This document shows positions 49,700-62,483 of a stretch of 64,000 bases of DNA, piece by piece. Every line of letters starts with the position of its first letter. Position 1 is the first letter of the stretch. The notes beneath the pieces were generated by a model. It searched no databases. It was not told where the DNA came from and saw only the letters and a list, made by a program, of their open reading frames with translations. The DNA is taken from the NCBI GenBank assembly GCA_976551045.1, contig CDPCPM010000050.1, forward strand, positions 18,042,001 to 18,106,000, read 5' to 3'. The position numbers and the translations under genes are program-made. This DNA comes from Glaucostegus cemiculus. Taxonomy: Eukaryota.

Positions 49700-50035
49700 G
49701 CAGACTCCATGTGGGATTGTAGAGCTGTTGTTCATAGCTCCAGTGACCTGGGTTCAATCCTGACCTTTGATTCTGACTGTGTGGAGTTTGCACATTATCC
49801 CTTTGACTGCATTTGTTTTCCCCCTGAAAGTGCTTCAATTTCCTTCGTGTACCACAGATGTGCAGGTTAATTGGCCACTACATTTTCCTCTAATCTGTAT
49901 AGGTAAGTGATAGAATTGGGGTGGAAGACTTAATGAGAACGTGGGGAGAGCAAAATGGAATTGGTATAAATGGATGCTTGATGGATAGTGTGGAATCGAT
50001 GGGTCAAAGGGCCCCTTCCACGCTATATGATTCTA
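49700..50035 (+). mobile_element. Decayed V-SINE
   Basis: B-box ggttcaatcc, gtggagtttgcacatt, CR1-like tail gatgggtcaaagggcc. Confidence 0.6.
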
Positions 50036-51099
50036 AAACATGTTGGTCAGTGTGTTAAATAAGGTGCTGGTTGATTATTTAAAATTGAATATATGAGCGA
50101 TTATTGATCAAGTAAATAATGAAATATGGTGCCTGTGGTGTAATGTCTTACACCAGGTCACCTGCAGTGAACTTTGAGCCAACTACTGCTTCCTTGCCTT
50201 CTCTTATCTGCAGTGGCAACTTGATTCCCAAAACTGACTCCTGATTGGCTAGGCCCTGCAGAGAGCAGAACCTTCCCGTCAGAAGTACAGCCCACCTCCA
50301 ACAATGGTTTCACAACCAGCTGAGAGACACATCTAGGTTCATCAGCTGTGATCTGTCAAAAATAAAACATTAACTGTCTCTGGGGGAAAATATTCAAATT
50401 TATTAAAAATTAATTGGTCTATTTGACCATTTAAATTATGATAATCAAATTATAAAAAGAATCAAAAACATTAAACAGTGCTTGAAACACTGGCAAACAC
50501 CTTTCTCATTAAAAACATTTTAATTTAATTTGGTTGAATTGAAAAAAAAATTGTATGAAACTTTCCTGTCTGCCTTAACTGTTCCTGACCACTTGAAATT
50601 AATGGTTTCATTGAACACTGGCCCAGATTCACTGGATGGACATCCTACCACAACTGGGAAATGGCAGGAAGTTCACTGTCTGTTGCTGCACACTGTGTCC
50701 AATGTTGATGCATGGTCAGATGGCGTCTGGGACCTCACTATGTTTGGGATTCTTGCCATTATATGTGTGACCTACAGAAATAATTTGGAATAACAATCTG
50801 ACTCTCTCAGCAATGTAGTTCTGCAACAGTGCTGTACAGAAATATCTCTGAGATGCATATGGGTTAAGTTCTATCAGTTGATTGGAGGATCTCAAAGATT
50901 CCTTCAGGGGAGATGGAGATTTTGTGGGGATTTAAATTGCAAATTTTACCAGTGATGATATTGCCTACCATGAGTGGGAATTTGTATGCAATTGGTGGGG
51001 AAAATAAGGGTTTGGTTTAAGTATTTGCATTGTTATTTTTCTGGTTGAATAAAATTGAACATTTCAGAACTTGCCCATTGTATTTCACTTCTTTCCATC

Positions 51100-51260
51100 A
51101 ACTGTCTACCTTTCTCTGTAACTGTAACACTATATTCTGCATTCTGTTTTGTTTTCCTTTTGTACTATCTCGATGTACTCGTGTATGGAATGGTCTATGT
51201 GAAAGACATGAAACAAAAGCTTTTCACTGTATCTCGGTACATGTGATAATAAACCAATTA
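51100..51260 (+). mobile_element. Rex1-type LINE tail abutting the exon 3 acceptor
   Basis: ttctctgtaactgtaacac...ttttcactgtatctcggtacatgtgataataaaccaatta, the same family as 4810-4990. Confidence 0.7.
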
Positions 51261-51273
51261 CTCGTGTTTTCAG

Positions 51274-51467
51274 AGTTGCCTCAAACAGACTTCCTGCAAG
51301 TAGGAGAAGCAATCTGGCTGGCACTGAATGTTGTGTCCAATGGTCATTCTTCAACCAGCTCTCAGACAATTGGAGTGACAAAGATAGCAAAATCTGTGAT
51401 TGCTCCACTAGCTCAACATAACGTTTCGGTGTTTATGTTATCGACCTACCAGACTGACTTCATAATG
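51274..51467 (+). CDS. CASTOR1: CASTOR1-like exon 3
   Basis: ttttcag|AG; ELPQTDFLQVGEAIWLALNVVSNGHSSTSSQTIGVTKIAKSVIAPLAQHNVSVFMLSTYQTDFIM; 194 nt; donor gtgagc. Confidence 0.95.
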
Positions 51468-52457
51468 GTGAGCAGGCGTTCTATCTCTCTTGATTATTCT
51501 TGCACAGTATCCTGGAGGAAGCAACATTAATTATTTGCATTTGGCAAACTTCCTTTTACTGATAAAGAAAAGCCTGAATGTACAATAGCACTGCAGAATC
51601 TCATGTGTACAGCATTGTGGTGATGCTTTGAACAATAGGCACTGCAGTTTGGTTCTATTCAATCTAAAATGATTTTTCCTAATTTATCTCCCATGAAATT
51701 GTATCATGGTGTATGTGCTATGTTTTGTTCCTGTCACCAAGACCCAAAGGAAACGTAAGGGTGATTCCTTTCAAGTTGAGGGTTATACAGCAGGTCTTCC
51801 AAAGCTGAGCCAATCTTGGCCAGGGAAGGAACCAAGTTGAGAAGGGAGAGTTCATGTTTCAATATGATGCTTCAATGGGATAAGTAAGGTTAATCTGGAT
51901 TTCTAATTTAGAGTATGCCAGGAAACTGGAATGAGCACATTTTTGTTCAACTTTTTTTTAAAACAAAAAACAACCTACTAAATGAAATGAAACCAAGTAA
52001 CGTGGGTGAGGAATGACAATTCTCAGAATAAACATGAATTTTTGATATAGTTCACTATACCAGATTTTGCCTGGTGTAGTGGACTAATCGCCAGATTTTA
52101 ACATTTCACAAACATTTTTTCCGGTCGCATTAATTTATATTCGTTCAGTGGTAATTATGCTAGGGGAATCAGTTTTTGACAGGGTCTTGTCTTTGTGCCA
52201 GGCACTTATGTGCACATTACAGCAGTCTCATGTGAACAAGCTCCCATAATGTTATTACATTGACTTTTTTGAATTGTGGACATAATCAACTTGTGGACAT
52301 CTGTTAAAACGAAACCCTGTCATGACTCAGAAATGGCCTGTATAGTTTTGGTGAGAAAATTTACAGGGTGAAGACTTGGGTCCACTTTTTTTTTACAATG
52401 TGCTTTGAACCAAAACTTAATAGTGTATTGACTGTGTTAGTGATTATCTTTAAGTGT

Positions 52458-54753
52458 ATGATTGAGTTCAGAATGAAATTTGAAAATGAGAAGCTGATGA
52501 CTGGAGTGTCGACATTTCAGTGGAACAAGGGGAATTACAGAAGGATGAGAGAAGAGTTGGTCCAGATTGATTGGAAATATAAGCTTGCTGGAGGGACAGC
52601 AGAACATAAATGGGTGGACTTTAAGCAAGTAATAAGGAAAATGCAGGATAGACACATTCCAAGAAAAAAGAAGGTTTTAAATGGAAAAAGGACACAAATG
52701 TGGATAACGAGAGAGGTGAAAGTTAAAATAAGAGCAAAAGGGAGGCCATATAAGGAAGCAAGAAAAAGCGGGAAAACAGAAGACTGGGAAACTTTTAAGA
52801 ACCTACAGAAAGAAACTAAGAAGGTCATTAGAAAAGAAAAGAGAAATTATGAAATGAAATTGGCAGAGAACATTCAAAAGGATACTAAGAGTTTTTTTAA
52901 ATATATAAGAAGTAAAAGAGAGACGCGGGTTGATATAGGACCGATAGAAAATGATGCGGGAGAGATTATTATGGATGATAAAGAGATGGCGGAGGTGCTA
53001 AATCAGTATTTTGCGTTGGTCTTCACGGTGGAAGATATTAACAATATACCGGTTAGTCAAGGGTCTCGAGGGACGTAATTAAGTACAGTTAAGGTTACTA
53101 GAGAGAAAGTGTTGGGGAAGCTAAATGGGTTAAAGACTGATAAGTTTCCGGGACCGGATGAGATACATCTCCGTGTACTGAAGGAAGTAGCTTTAGAAAT
53201 AGTGGAGGCATTAGTGATAACTTTTCAGGAATCGATAGACGCTTGAGAGGTTCCGGAGGACTGGAGGGCCGTGAATGTAGTTCCATTGTATAAGAAAGGT
53301 GGGAGACAGCACAAAGGAAATTACAGACCTATCAGTCTTACGTCTGTGGTGGGGAAGATACTGGAATCGATCCTCAAGGACGAGGTGATGGGATACTTGG
53401 AGGCGCAAGGCAAGATAGGTCCTAGTCAACATGGGTTCGTGAAGGGAAGATCCTGCCTGACCAATTTATTGGAGTTTTTTTGAAGAAATCTCAGGCAGGG
53501 TGGATAAGGGAGAGGCCGTAGATGTAGTGTATTTAGACTTTCAGAAGGCATTCGACAAGGTGCCACACAAAAGACTAATTAGTAAGATGAGAGAGCACGG
53601 AATAACAGGCAGGATAACAGAATGGGTGGAGCATTGGCTGGATGGCAGGAAACAGGGTGGGAATAAAAGGTTCCTGTTCTGGTTGGCTGCCGGTTACTAG
53701 TGGTGTTCCGCAGGGGTCGGTGTTGGGGCCCCTTCTTTTTACCTTGTATATTAATGATTTAGACGAAGGAATTAATGGGTTTGTGGCCAAGTTTGCAGAT
53801 GACACTAAGATTGGGGGGGGGGGGGAGTGGAGAGTATTTGAGGAGACAGGAAAGTTACAGAGATACTTGGATATTCTAGGAGAATGGGCGAAGAAATGGC
53901 AGATGAGGTTCAACGTGGAAAAATGTGCAGTTGTACACTTCGGAAGTAGAAATGGATGGGCAGACTATTATCTAGAAGGAGATAAAATTGGAAGCACAGA
54001 AGTACAAAGGGACTTGGGGGTGCTCGTACAGGATAACCTAAAGGTTAACCGCCAGTTTGGATCGGCAGTAAGGAAAGCGAATGCTATGTTGGCATTTATT
54101 TCGAAGGGTATAGTATATAAAAGCAAGGAAGTGTTGATGAGGCTATACAGGGCACTGGTGAGGCCTCACTTGGAGTACTGTGTGCAGTTTTGGGTCCCAT
54201 ACCTTAGGAAGGATGTGCTGATGTTGGAGAGGGTTCAGAGGAGATTTACTAGGATGATTCCTGGGATGAAAAAGTTTACATATGAGGAGCGACTGTCGTC
54301 ACTTGGACTGTACTCGTTGGAGTACAGAAGAATGAGAGGGGACCTAATAGAAATGTACAAGATGTTGAAAGGAATGGACCAAGTGAATGTGATCAAGCTG
54401 TTTCCCTTGGTGGGGGAATCCAGGACTAGAGGACACAACCTTAGAATTAGAGGAAGCAGGTTCAAAACAGAGATAAGGAGGAATTTCTTTAGCCAGAGGG
54501 TGGTGAACCTGTGGAACTCCTTACCACAGAAAGCAGTGGAAGCCAGATCATTGGGGATATTCAAGAAGAAAATAGATAGATATCTAATTGGTCAAGGTAT
54601 CAAGGGATATGGAGATAAGGCAGGGATTTGGACTTAGAATAGGGTTGTTTTTTTTTCCTCATCCTCTTTTTTTCCCCCCACCCTCCCTTCCCTTTGGAGC
54701 AGACTCGATGGGCCGACTGGCCTGCTTCTGCTCCATTATCTTGTGATCTTGTG
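52458..54753 (+). mobile_element. 5'-truncated, relatively young CR1 LINE (disrupted ORF2 plus 3' UTR)
   Basis: NYRPISLTSVVGK, YLDFQKAFDKVPH, GVPQGSVLGP, FADD, VRPHLEYCVQFW. Stops at about 53076 and 53244, frameshifts near 53480 and 53655. Tail gatgggccgactggcctgcttctgctcc...(tcttgtga)x2. Confidence 0.93.
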
Positions 54754-54917
54754 AGTAAAACAGATGACTTGTAAATCACTGGAAAAATCATTGTGCAGTA
54801 GATTGCTATGTACTAAGACCTAGAATGTGGTTGTGAGCATATGTATTCCACAAAAGACAGTGACTATGTAATTATGCTTTGTTTTTCTATTTAATATTCT
54901 TTAATTTGTGTGCCCAG

Positions 54918-55050
54918 GTGAGGGAGAGTGATTTACCAGCAGTCATTTGCACCCTGTCTGAAGAATTCAGTATTTACAAGGAGGAAAATGGTGAATCGGT
55001 CCCAGTTGACAGTGGCTATGTTACAAATGGCTTTATAAAACCCAAAAACG
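54918..55050 (+). CDS. CASTOR1: CASTOR1-like exon 4
   Basis: cccag|GTG; VRESDLPAVICTLSEEFSIYKEENGESVPVDSGYVTNGFIKPKN; 133 nt; donor gtaaag. Confidence 0.95.
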
Positions 55051-55399
55051 GTAAAGTAAAATTGCTAGATTGGTTCTTCATAAGTATCATGTGATCCACA
55101 TAATTAACATGGAATCTCAATTACTAAAACTTGTTGATTAAATGTCATTGAAACAAAGGAAGAATGTGACAAAGTACAAGAAAGCATTAATGAATTTGCA
55201 GAATAAGCTTGTTTTAAAGAAAAATGAGTGTTGGTATAGCTCAATATGAGACAGTAGTTTAACTGGACATTTGAGCCTCCATACTGTTTGAGTAACAGTA
55301 TGAATGTAATCAATGGGGGGTGGGGGGAGGGGAGAAAAAAATATCTGGATGTACAGGTGCATAAGTGATTCAGTTATGAGGTTTTTTTAAAGTACATCA

Positions 55400-56830
55400 A
55401 CCACTTATGTTCAGTTCTTTCAGGATATAATTGAAAGATAGGGAAGTGATATGGAAATTGTGTTTGAACTTGTGTTCAACTTTAGTTAGTTATGCACAGT
55501 TCGGGTTTCTGTATTTTGAAAAAGAGACTTGAGTCAAAACAATAGTTTACAAGAATTATACCAGACCTGAGAGGAGTATGGTTATCAGGAAGGTCTGGAC
55601 AGGTTGGGGTCCTTTTAAGGGTTGATCTGAAGTATCTTAAAATAATGAGAGGATTTGATAGATTAGCCACATAGGATATATTTCCACTCCTGCTCAAGTC
55701 CAAGTTTGGATATCTTGTGTGTATAACGGTCACTAACAAATCTAATGCTGATGACATAAAGATGGGTAAAAAAAATAAGTTGTAAAGAGGACATAAGGCT
55801 ACAACAGAGTAGACATTGTGAAAAGGCAAAGATTTGACAAATGGAGTATATTTTGGGAAACTGTGAAGTTAATTTATTTCGGTAGGAAAAATTGAAAAAG
55901 AAACATTTACAAGATGGTGAGAGTTTGCAGAGGGATCTGAGTGTCCTAGTTCACGATGTGTATAAGGCTAGTATGCAGGTTCAGCAAGTAACTGGGGCGG
56001 CGCGATAGCGTAGCGGTTAGTGCGACGCTGTTACAGCGCCAGAGATCGGGGTTCGATTCCCGTCGCTGACTGTAAGGAGTTTGTACGTTCTCCCGTGTCT
56101 GCGTGGGTTTCCTCCGGGTGCTCCGGTTTCCTTCCACATTCTAAAGACATAGGGGTAGGTTAATTTGGGGGTTTAAAATGGGCGGTGCGGACTCATTGGG
56201 CCGAAAGGGCCTGTTACCATGCTGTAAATAAAAAAAAAAAGAAAGCTATCAGAATGTTATTGTTTTTTATGAGGAGAACTGAGCACAAAAGTCGGGAGGT
56301 AGTTCTTCAGTTAGCTAAGACATTGGTGAGACCGGTATTAGCCTTAACTAAGGAGGGATGTAGATGCTTTGGATGTGGTTCAGAGAAGATTTACTTAGAC
56401 TGATACCTGAAATGGATGCGTTAGGACAAGATCTGGTGGAGTTTAGAAGAGTGAGAGGGAACTTTATTAAAACATTTAAGATCTTGGGTGTCTTGACAGG
56501 GTGAAGATGGAGAGAATTTTCCCTCTTTATAGAAAAATCAAGAATAATGGATTGCTGCTAAAAAATGAGTTGCCTGTTTACAACAAAGATAGTGAATTTT
56601 TTATCTTGGACATTGAGATTCATAAGCCGTTGGAACTCTTTTCCTCAAAGGACAGTGGAAGCAGAGCCTTGCAATATCTTTAAGGTAGAGTTAGAATTTT
56701 GATAAGAAAGGTAGTGAAAGGTTACTGGAAGTACGTGAAAATGAGGAGTTGAAATTGCAGGTCAGACAGTCTTATTTAGTGGAATGTGCATGAGGGACTG
56801 TATGTCCTTCTCTTGTTCCTATCTTGTATG
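55400..56830 (+). mobile_element. Old CR1 fragments hosting a nested SINE
   Basis: ADDIK and KTLVRP remnants; CR1 sequence cagcaagtaact|...|gaaagctatcagaatg is contiguous across the SINE. Confidence 0.6.
55994..56240 (+). mobile_element. Young full-length tRNA-derived V-SINE (HE1-like)
   Basis: A-box TAGCGTAGCGG at 56006-56016, B-box GGTTCGATTCC at 56050-56060, V-domain gggtttcctccgggtgctccggtttcc, CR1-like tail gggccgaaagggcctgtt, A-tail; CpGs retained. Confidence 0.9.
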
Positions 56831-58040
56831 ATGGTATGCATGTAATGGAGAGTTGGGGAAGAACCACTTGTACTAAAAGAATGATAAGACTGTGCAATGT
56901 GTTCCTGCAGGGAATGGTTGAGGCAAATGGCCTGGTTGAACTTGATGTGAACCTGGATAGCACAAGATTTGAAAGGTTATAGTGATGGCTTTAAGTGTAG
57001 GGGGTGAAGAAGGTGCTTGTGAGGAGTGCAAATTTTGACACGGACCACTTGATTGTAAGCCCCACTTCTGTGGTGCAGACTCTGTTCCACTCCACTTGTT
57101 TTTACCTCAAAAACACAGTATTTGCTAAAAGGAATAAATGTTGTAAAATGGCTATGAAGGCAGGCACAGATAATTAATTTATGCTTTTTGTATCACAATA
57201 TATACAATTAATAGTTAATCTAGTATAAGCAAATCAATAATTTCAAATAATGGTTACAAGTTTTTTTAATCTTTATGAGAGTTAATCCCATTTTTGCAGT
57301 GTTCTGACCTGCATGAGAGCTCCAAGAATTCCTTTTGTCCTTGGCAATGTTGTCTAGGAAACTTACTGTGTAACTAGATCAGTATAAATTGATGACTTGG
57401 CGCTTCCAGCCATTATTGGGTTTTGTGATGGGCACCACGGGGGAATTTCAAACACATCTTTTTTCAATCTTATCTGAATAAAATGTAAAGATTTTGTGGT
57501 TTACATGGGTAATTCTGGACTCATTCTTTGCAATTATACATTTTAATGACTAATTATATAATTACAAATGTTGACTATTGCTGGATATATTTGATATATT
57601 GAACCAAAAGAATCCATGTAGGATGTTTGATCTCCATGCCAGGCACAGCTATCAGCGACAGCTTCAATTAATTCTGGAGCTGTTTGTATCTGAGGCAAAG
57701 TAAGCACAAAGGATTTTTGTTTCGAACAATTGGACTCTATTCTAAACTTAGTTTATTCCACAGGGACATCTGCAATGCATTTTGAATTAAAAGGTCATTG
57801 AAATTTCCTGGAAACTGAAGCTTGTTAGAGAAGAAAATATAATTTTGCTTTCAAAACCAATTTTAAAGCAAGGGTCTAAATCCAAAAGCATTAACCCTTG
57901 ATGCTCCTTAAAAAGAGAGTGGATAAGGAAACTAAAGCAGTTATGTCAATAATATTTGGAGATCCATGAAAGTAAAAGGTTCATAGTTTATTCTTGTGAC
58001 TGCCTAACTAGAACCTTCACCATGTGTTTTCCTCTGACAG

Positions 58041-58164
58041 TTGCCAGCCCCACAGTTCACCCAGTGCTAAGTCCCAAGAACCAGTTCTGTGTCATGAGCC
58101 TGGACCCAGATACGCTTCCTGCCATTGCCACTATTCTCATGGATGTCATGTTTTATTCTGCAAG
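58041..58164 (+). CDS. CASTOR1: CASTOR1-like exon 5
   Basis: gacag|TT; VASPTVHPVLSPKNQFCVMSLDPDTLPAIATILMDVMFYSA(S); 124 nt; donor gtacat. Confidence 0.95.
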
Positions 58165-58523
58165 GTACATATCTCTTGATATGATAATTTATAAGCCTTA
58201 CTTATAAAGCCACTTTAATGGTGTGAGTGTCTGTCCTTGCTGTTGTTTCTAAGTTTCTCCTATATTTTCTTCTTTTTAATTGAATACTTCTTTATTGTTA
58301 ATATTGCTTTTGCTTAGTCCTCTGCAGGATCTACAGATTTCATCCCATGATCTCAAATAGTTTATGTGAGGAATCTTCAATTAAACTTCATTTCTTTATT
58401 TTCTCTGACACATGAATAATAAGCTCAAGGTGCTGAGTGACTTCTCTTTTACAAAACATAAAACAAATTTGTGATTGTTGCTTTTTTAAAGAATGGCCTA
58501 AATGGTTTGTTCATCCTTTGCAG

Positions 58524-58631
58524 TTTGAAAGCTCGATCTGCGGATCAGGACCTTGACTACATTCGTTTCTTTTCTTTTTCTTTGATTGATGGCTATATTT
58601 CCATTGTGGTTGATACCCAGACGCAGAAGCG
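58524..58631 (+). CDS. CASTOR1: CASTOR1-like exon 6
   Basis: ttgcag|T; LKARSADQDLDYIRFFSFSLIDGYISIVVDTQTQK(R); 108 nt; donor gtgagt. Confidence 0.93.
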
Positions 58632-60472
58632 GTGAGTTTACAGAATCTTTTAAGGGATCATTGTGAAATTGGACATTTTTGTAATGTTCGGATGTGTTAT
58701 TTATCTAATAAGGGCTCTTGGATCAACCTTGAGTGTGGCTTGAAATGATCCTTGAGATTGTGATACAGAATTATATTTTTGCCGTCTTCTACCCATGGAA
58801 TCATACAACATAAAATATTTTCTTTTTGCCCCATCGACCCTGAGTTAGCTCTTTGAAATTGTCCACTTCTATCGGCTTCCCTTTCACCTTATTCTTTAAC
58901 TTACTTTTCCAATTACTTATCCAATTCCTTTTTGAAACCTCCCAACGCCCTCTTCAGCCAGTGCATTCAGTTTGTTGTGCAAAGGCAAAACTGCTTCTCT
59001 CCTCTGATTCCTTCGCAGCAATGGTAAATTTGTCCATCAGTACTTCCTACCACTACCTTCAATTGATCTGTCTTCCTACTCAATCAAAATTCCTGTAGGT
59101 CTCTCTTTAAGTTGTCAGAAAGAGAAGCTCAGGTTCTCCAAGCTCTTCATTGGCTGTCATCCCCCATTTCTGGAATGGTTCTAACAAATCTCCTTGCAGC
59201 TGATTCTCTGCATCCTTCCAATTATGGACCCAGTTCTCCCAATAATCCGTCACCTAAGCTGGGACAGCCCTTGCTGGCAATGCAGCACTGCTTATGGTCA
59301 GTCTGCTAGTTGAGATGCCCTACGGAGCCAACTCTAGCACTGTAACCTAGTAATGACCTAGATTTCTAGTGTACCAAAGAAATTTTGTACCTAAAGCTGA
59401 TTTTCAAAACATTCAGAATCTTTCTGAATACAACATACAATCGGAGCATCTTAAAGATTCTGAAAAATTAGACAATTAAAATTCCCACATAATCGATAAT
59501 TCTTAAAGTATATATTTAAAAAAAAATCAGCTAACCAATTACAATTGCCACCCTTTAAATGAAACCAAGATAATTAAAAGCAAAGGAAGATCCCCTTTTC
59601 CTTTCAGCAGCCCCATAATCTCCATTAATATTAGTGGGTCAGTCTGCCACCAGCAGGAGACCACATTGAAACACATCCCTGCTATTGTTTAGTAGGTGTA
59701 GGATGTCTGCTCACACGTGGCCAAACACAAGTCTCAAACTTGCTGGGATTTCACTGGATAATTTGGGACCTCGATCATTCACCAGCAGTGCTTCCCCACT
59801 GGAGTTCCTGCATTCCCAGCACAGCCAAATGAGTTTGAGCAGTTTTTAAGTAAGTCACTTTGGGCTTGTTCATTGCTCTCCATTCCTCATATGTTCCCAC
59901 TTTTGGGAGTAAAATACTTTTTGTAGATAACCATTTATGTGGAGTTGTTCTATAATTGACTTTGAACTCTCTTTTTGACATTGATTGCATTGTGCCATTT
60001 TATACATGTGGAAAAAGTGAGTACAGTGGAATGGGATGTTACCATTGACATTTTGTGGTTATTGTACCTGGTCCTGGTAATTTACACCAGCAGAGTTCTT
60101 GTTGCCCAATTGAGACCCTTCCTCAAACCAAAAGTGATATGCATAATGTTGTTTCAAAAAACTGGAGGCTTGTATTAGTAACCTCTGCCTTGGGCTGAAT
60201 GGTCTTTTCTCCATTATTTTCTAGGATGCTGATGGTTGGGGTAGATGATTGCCAGAGGACAGCACGTTACTGCTAAACAATGTAGATGTGGATGTTCTGT
60301 GCTTTCATTTGATTATCTTTGGGGAATTATTTTTTTACTCCCTGAACACTTGTATCTGGTTGTGGTCAAGTGCATGATGGGGCAGGTTACACGTGGCAGG
60401 GTGACCTTCCTGGGGTCAAGTGGGATCTTTCTTATTCAATGCTCACCTAACTGCTGTCTCCTCTTGCAACAG

Positions 60473-60555
60473 ATTCCCCAGCAACCTGCTCCTCACAAGT
60501 GCTTCAAGTGAGTTATGGAGGATGGTGCGAATAGGTGGTCAGCCCCTGGGATTTG
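60473..60555 (+). CDS. CASTOR1: CASTOR1-like exon 7 (remaining exons outside window)
   Basis: caacag|A; FPSNLLLTSASSELWRMVRIGGQPLGF; 83 nt; donor gtaatt. No DECGIVAQ exon seen before 64000. Confidence 0.95.
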
Positions 60556-62483
60556 GTAATTATAAAATCCTACTTGTCTTTTGTTGCTGAATAGGAGTTG
60601 AAAAGTCTGAAACTTAAGTCTACAGGCTCCATAAGTCCATAAACTGGAAAACACACCCATCACTGGATGGGGTATCCACACCTCCACAGTATTGTAATGT
60701 TTGGCATCAAAAGCACATAAGGCCAATAAGAAAGAAGTTAATTGAAAGTGGAAAGGGAGGAAACTAATTCTGCTGTTCGTAGGAACAAACAGATGTACGT
60801 ACGTCGGACTTCCGAATTTGAAAATATTATGGGAACTCATTGATATGTACAAGTGCCCGTAAGTTGGGCATTCATAACCCAGGCGGGCCTATACTTTGTT
60901 AATGTGTTGGATCTGTGGATTGATTCTCAGTGGAGCTGGGGGCAGTCATTTTTAGTTGGTAAGTCCTGAAAACTGCATTTTGATTTTGGACAAAATCCAG
61001 TTTTGAAAGGAATGTGAGCCTCCAGCCACAGAGCTATTACCTACCTGAGCTTAGCAGAATAGAGGTGTCTGCTTTGGGTGTTGATGAGCATCTGTAGCAG
61101 CATGAATACCAGAACTTTGCCAAGCACGTCTCTCTGCCTTAAAGATGCCTGAAACACAGACAGTGTCCTTCCTCAACAAACTGCTGAGTACTTCCAGCAT
61201 TTTCTGTTTCTGTTTTTAGCATCTGCAGCAGTAGCTTTTGATTTTTCAACTCTCTGACTTGTTTTTCTTTGAACCTGTCTCAAAAAGGATAAGATGTTTC
61301 CAAAGCAACAAATTCTCCCTTCATAGGAATCTTGGATGTTCCTTCAATGTGAATGGTCCCAATGAATTCAATGGGATTTTTTTTTTGCTGAGTCATTTCC
61401 AATCCAGTGTGGGAATGATCTCAGCACACAACATGCAGACAAGTGACAATTATTCATGGAGACATTGCAGTGTTTGGGGTACAGCTGATCGTGCACGAGG
61501 ATGTGGGCAGGGTGTTGTTGCTCACATGGTTTGACTTATCGCTACAGAAATTCTCCCTGGTGCACCCATGCACACAATGTGGACTTGGGCTGAGGTCATC
61601 TTCCTTACTGTTACTGCTGCAGAACACAACATACTGGACTTCCTAATTTAACATTCTGAAATAACATTGCCCTCGATCTTGTTCATTTGATGTGCTTTGA
61701 CTTTATTTCAGAGCCAGATCTTAAAAGAAAGAAATGAACAGCAGGGCCTTTTCTATCTTAAAAAAGGTTCTATCATTCACCATCCTGACAAAGAACAGGT
61801 TCCAACATCACAGGTTTTGTGCCAAGGGACCTTGAGTTGTGTAGTGAGGAGGAAGGAATGCAGCTTAAAACCACTTATAAAACTAATACCATAACTCCCC
61901 AAAGCCTAAATGTTCCAGCTGAACTGTGCCGAGTTTTATCTAGACCTGAGCAACCACTGCCCAGGGTTTAGTTACGGTGTTAAAATCTTTGTGATGCACA
62001 AAAGAAAGTTTTTGCTGTACACCAAGTTGAAAGATGAAATAAAGGCAAAGAATATTTACAGAGAAATCGGAGAGTGCCAATACTCTGGCTGCAATATCAA
62101 AGGGCAAGTAAACAACAATAGACGTTCATGGAACTTTGCATTTGTAAAATCAGATGCACCTTCTCTGAGAATTTTCTTTTAACGTGGTACGGTCATCGCT
62201 GGCAAGGCCAGCATTAGTTTAATTCAATGGTATTACTTGCAAATTTACAAATAAAGTATATTTGTATGTCACCGTTCAGTACAAGCTACATCATTCCATT
62301 TATATGACATCAACATGAGGTGAATTTTTCTTTCAATCCTGGAGCAGGTTGTTTTTCCCTGGGTTCGGTGTGCAATGGCAAGTGTCTGACACTGGCCTTT
62401 CTCACAGAGAGCCTTTGGCTGCACCAAACTTCAGCGTGTCCCTCAGCATGTACCCCCACACCTTGGAGCATATCAATATGCAG

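Noticed and set aside
51030-51530. 166-aa ORF as a single-exon gene or extended exon
   Set aside because: Only 51274-51467 matches CASTOR and has splice sites; the upstream part is repeat-derived.
55994-56070. tRNA gene
   Set aside because: A and B boxes continue into a V-domain, LINE tail and A-tail, so this is a SINE head.
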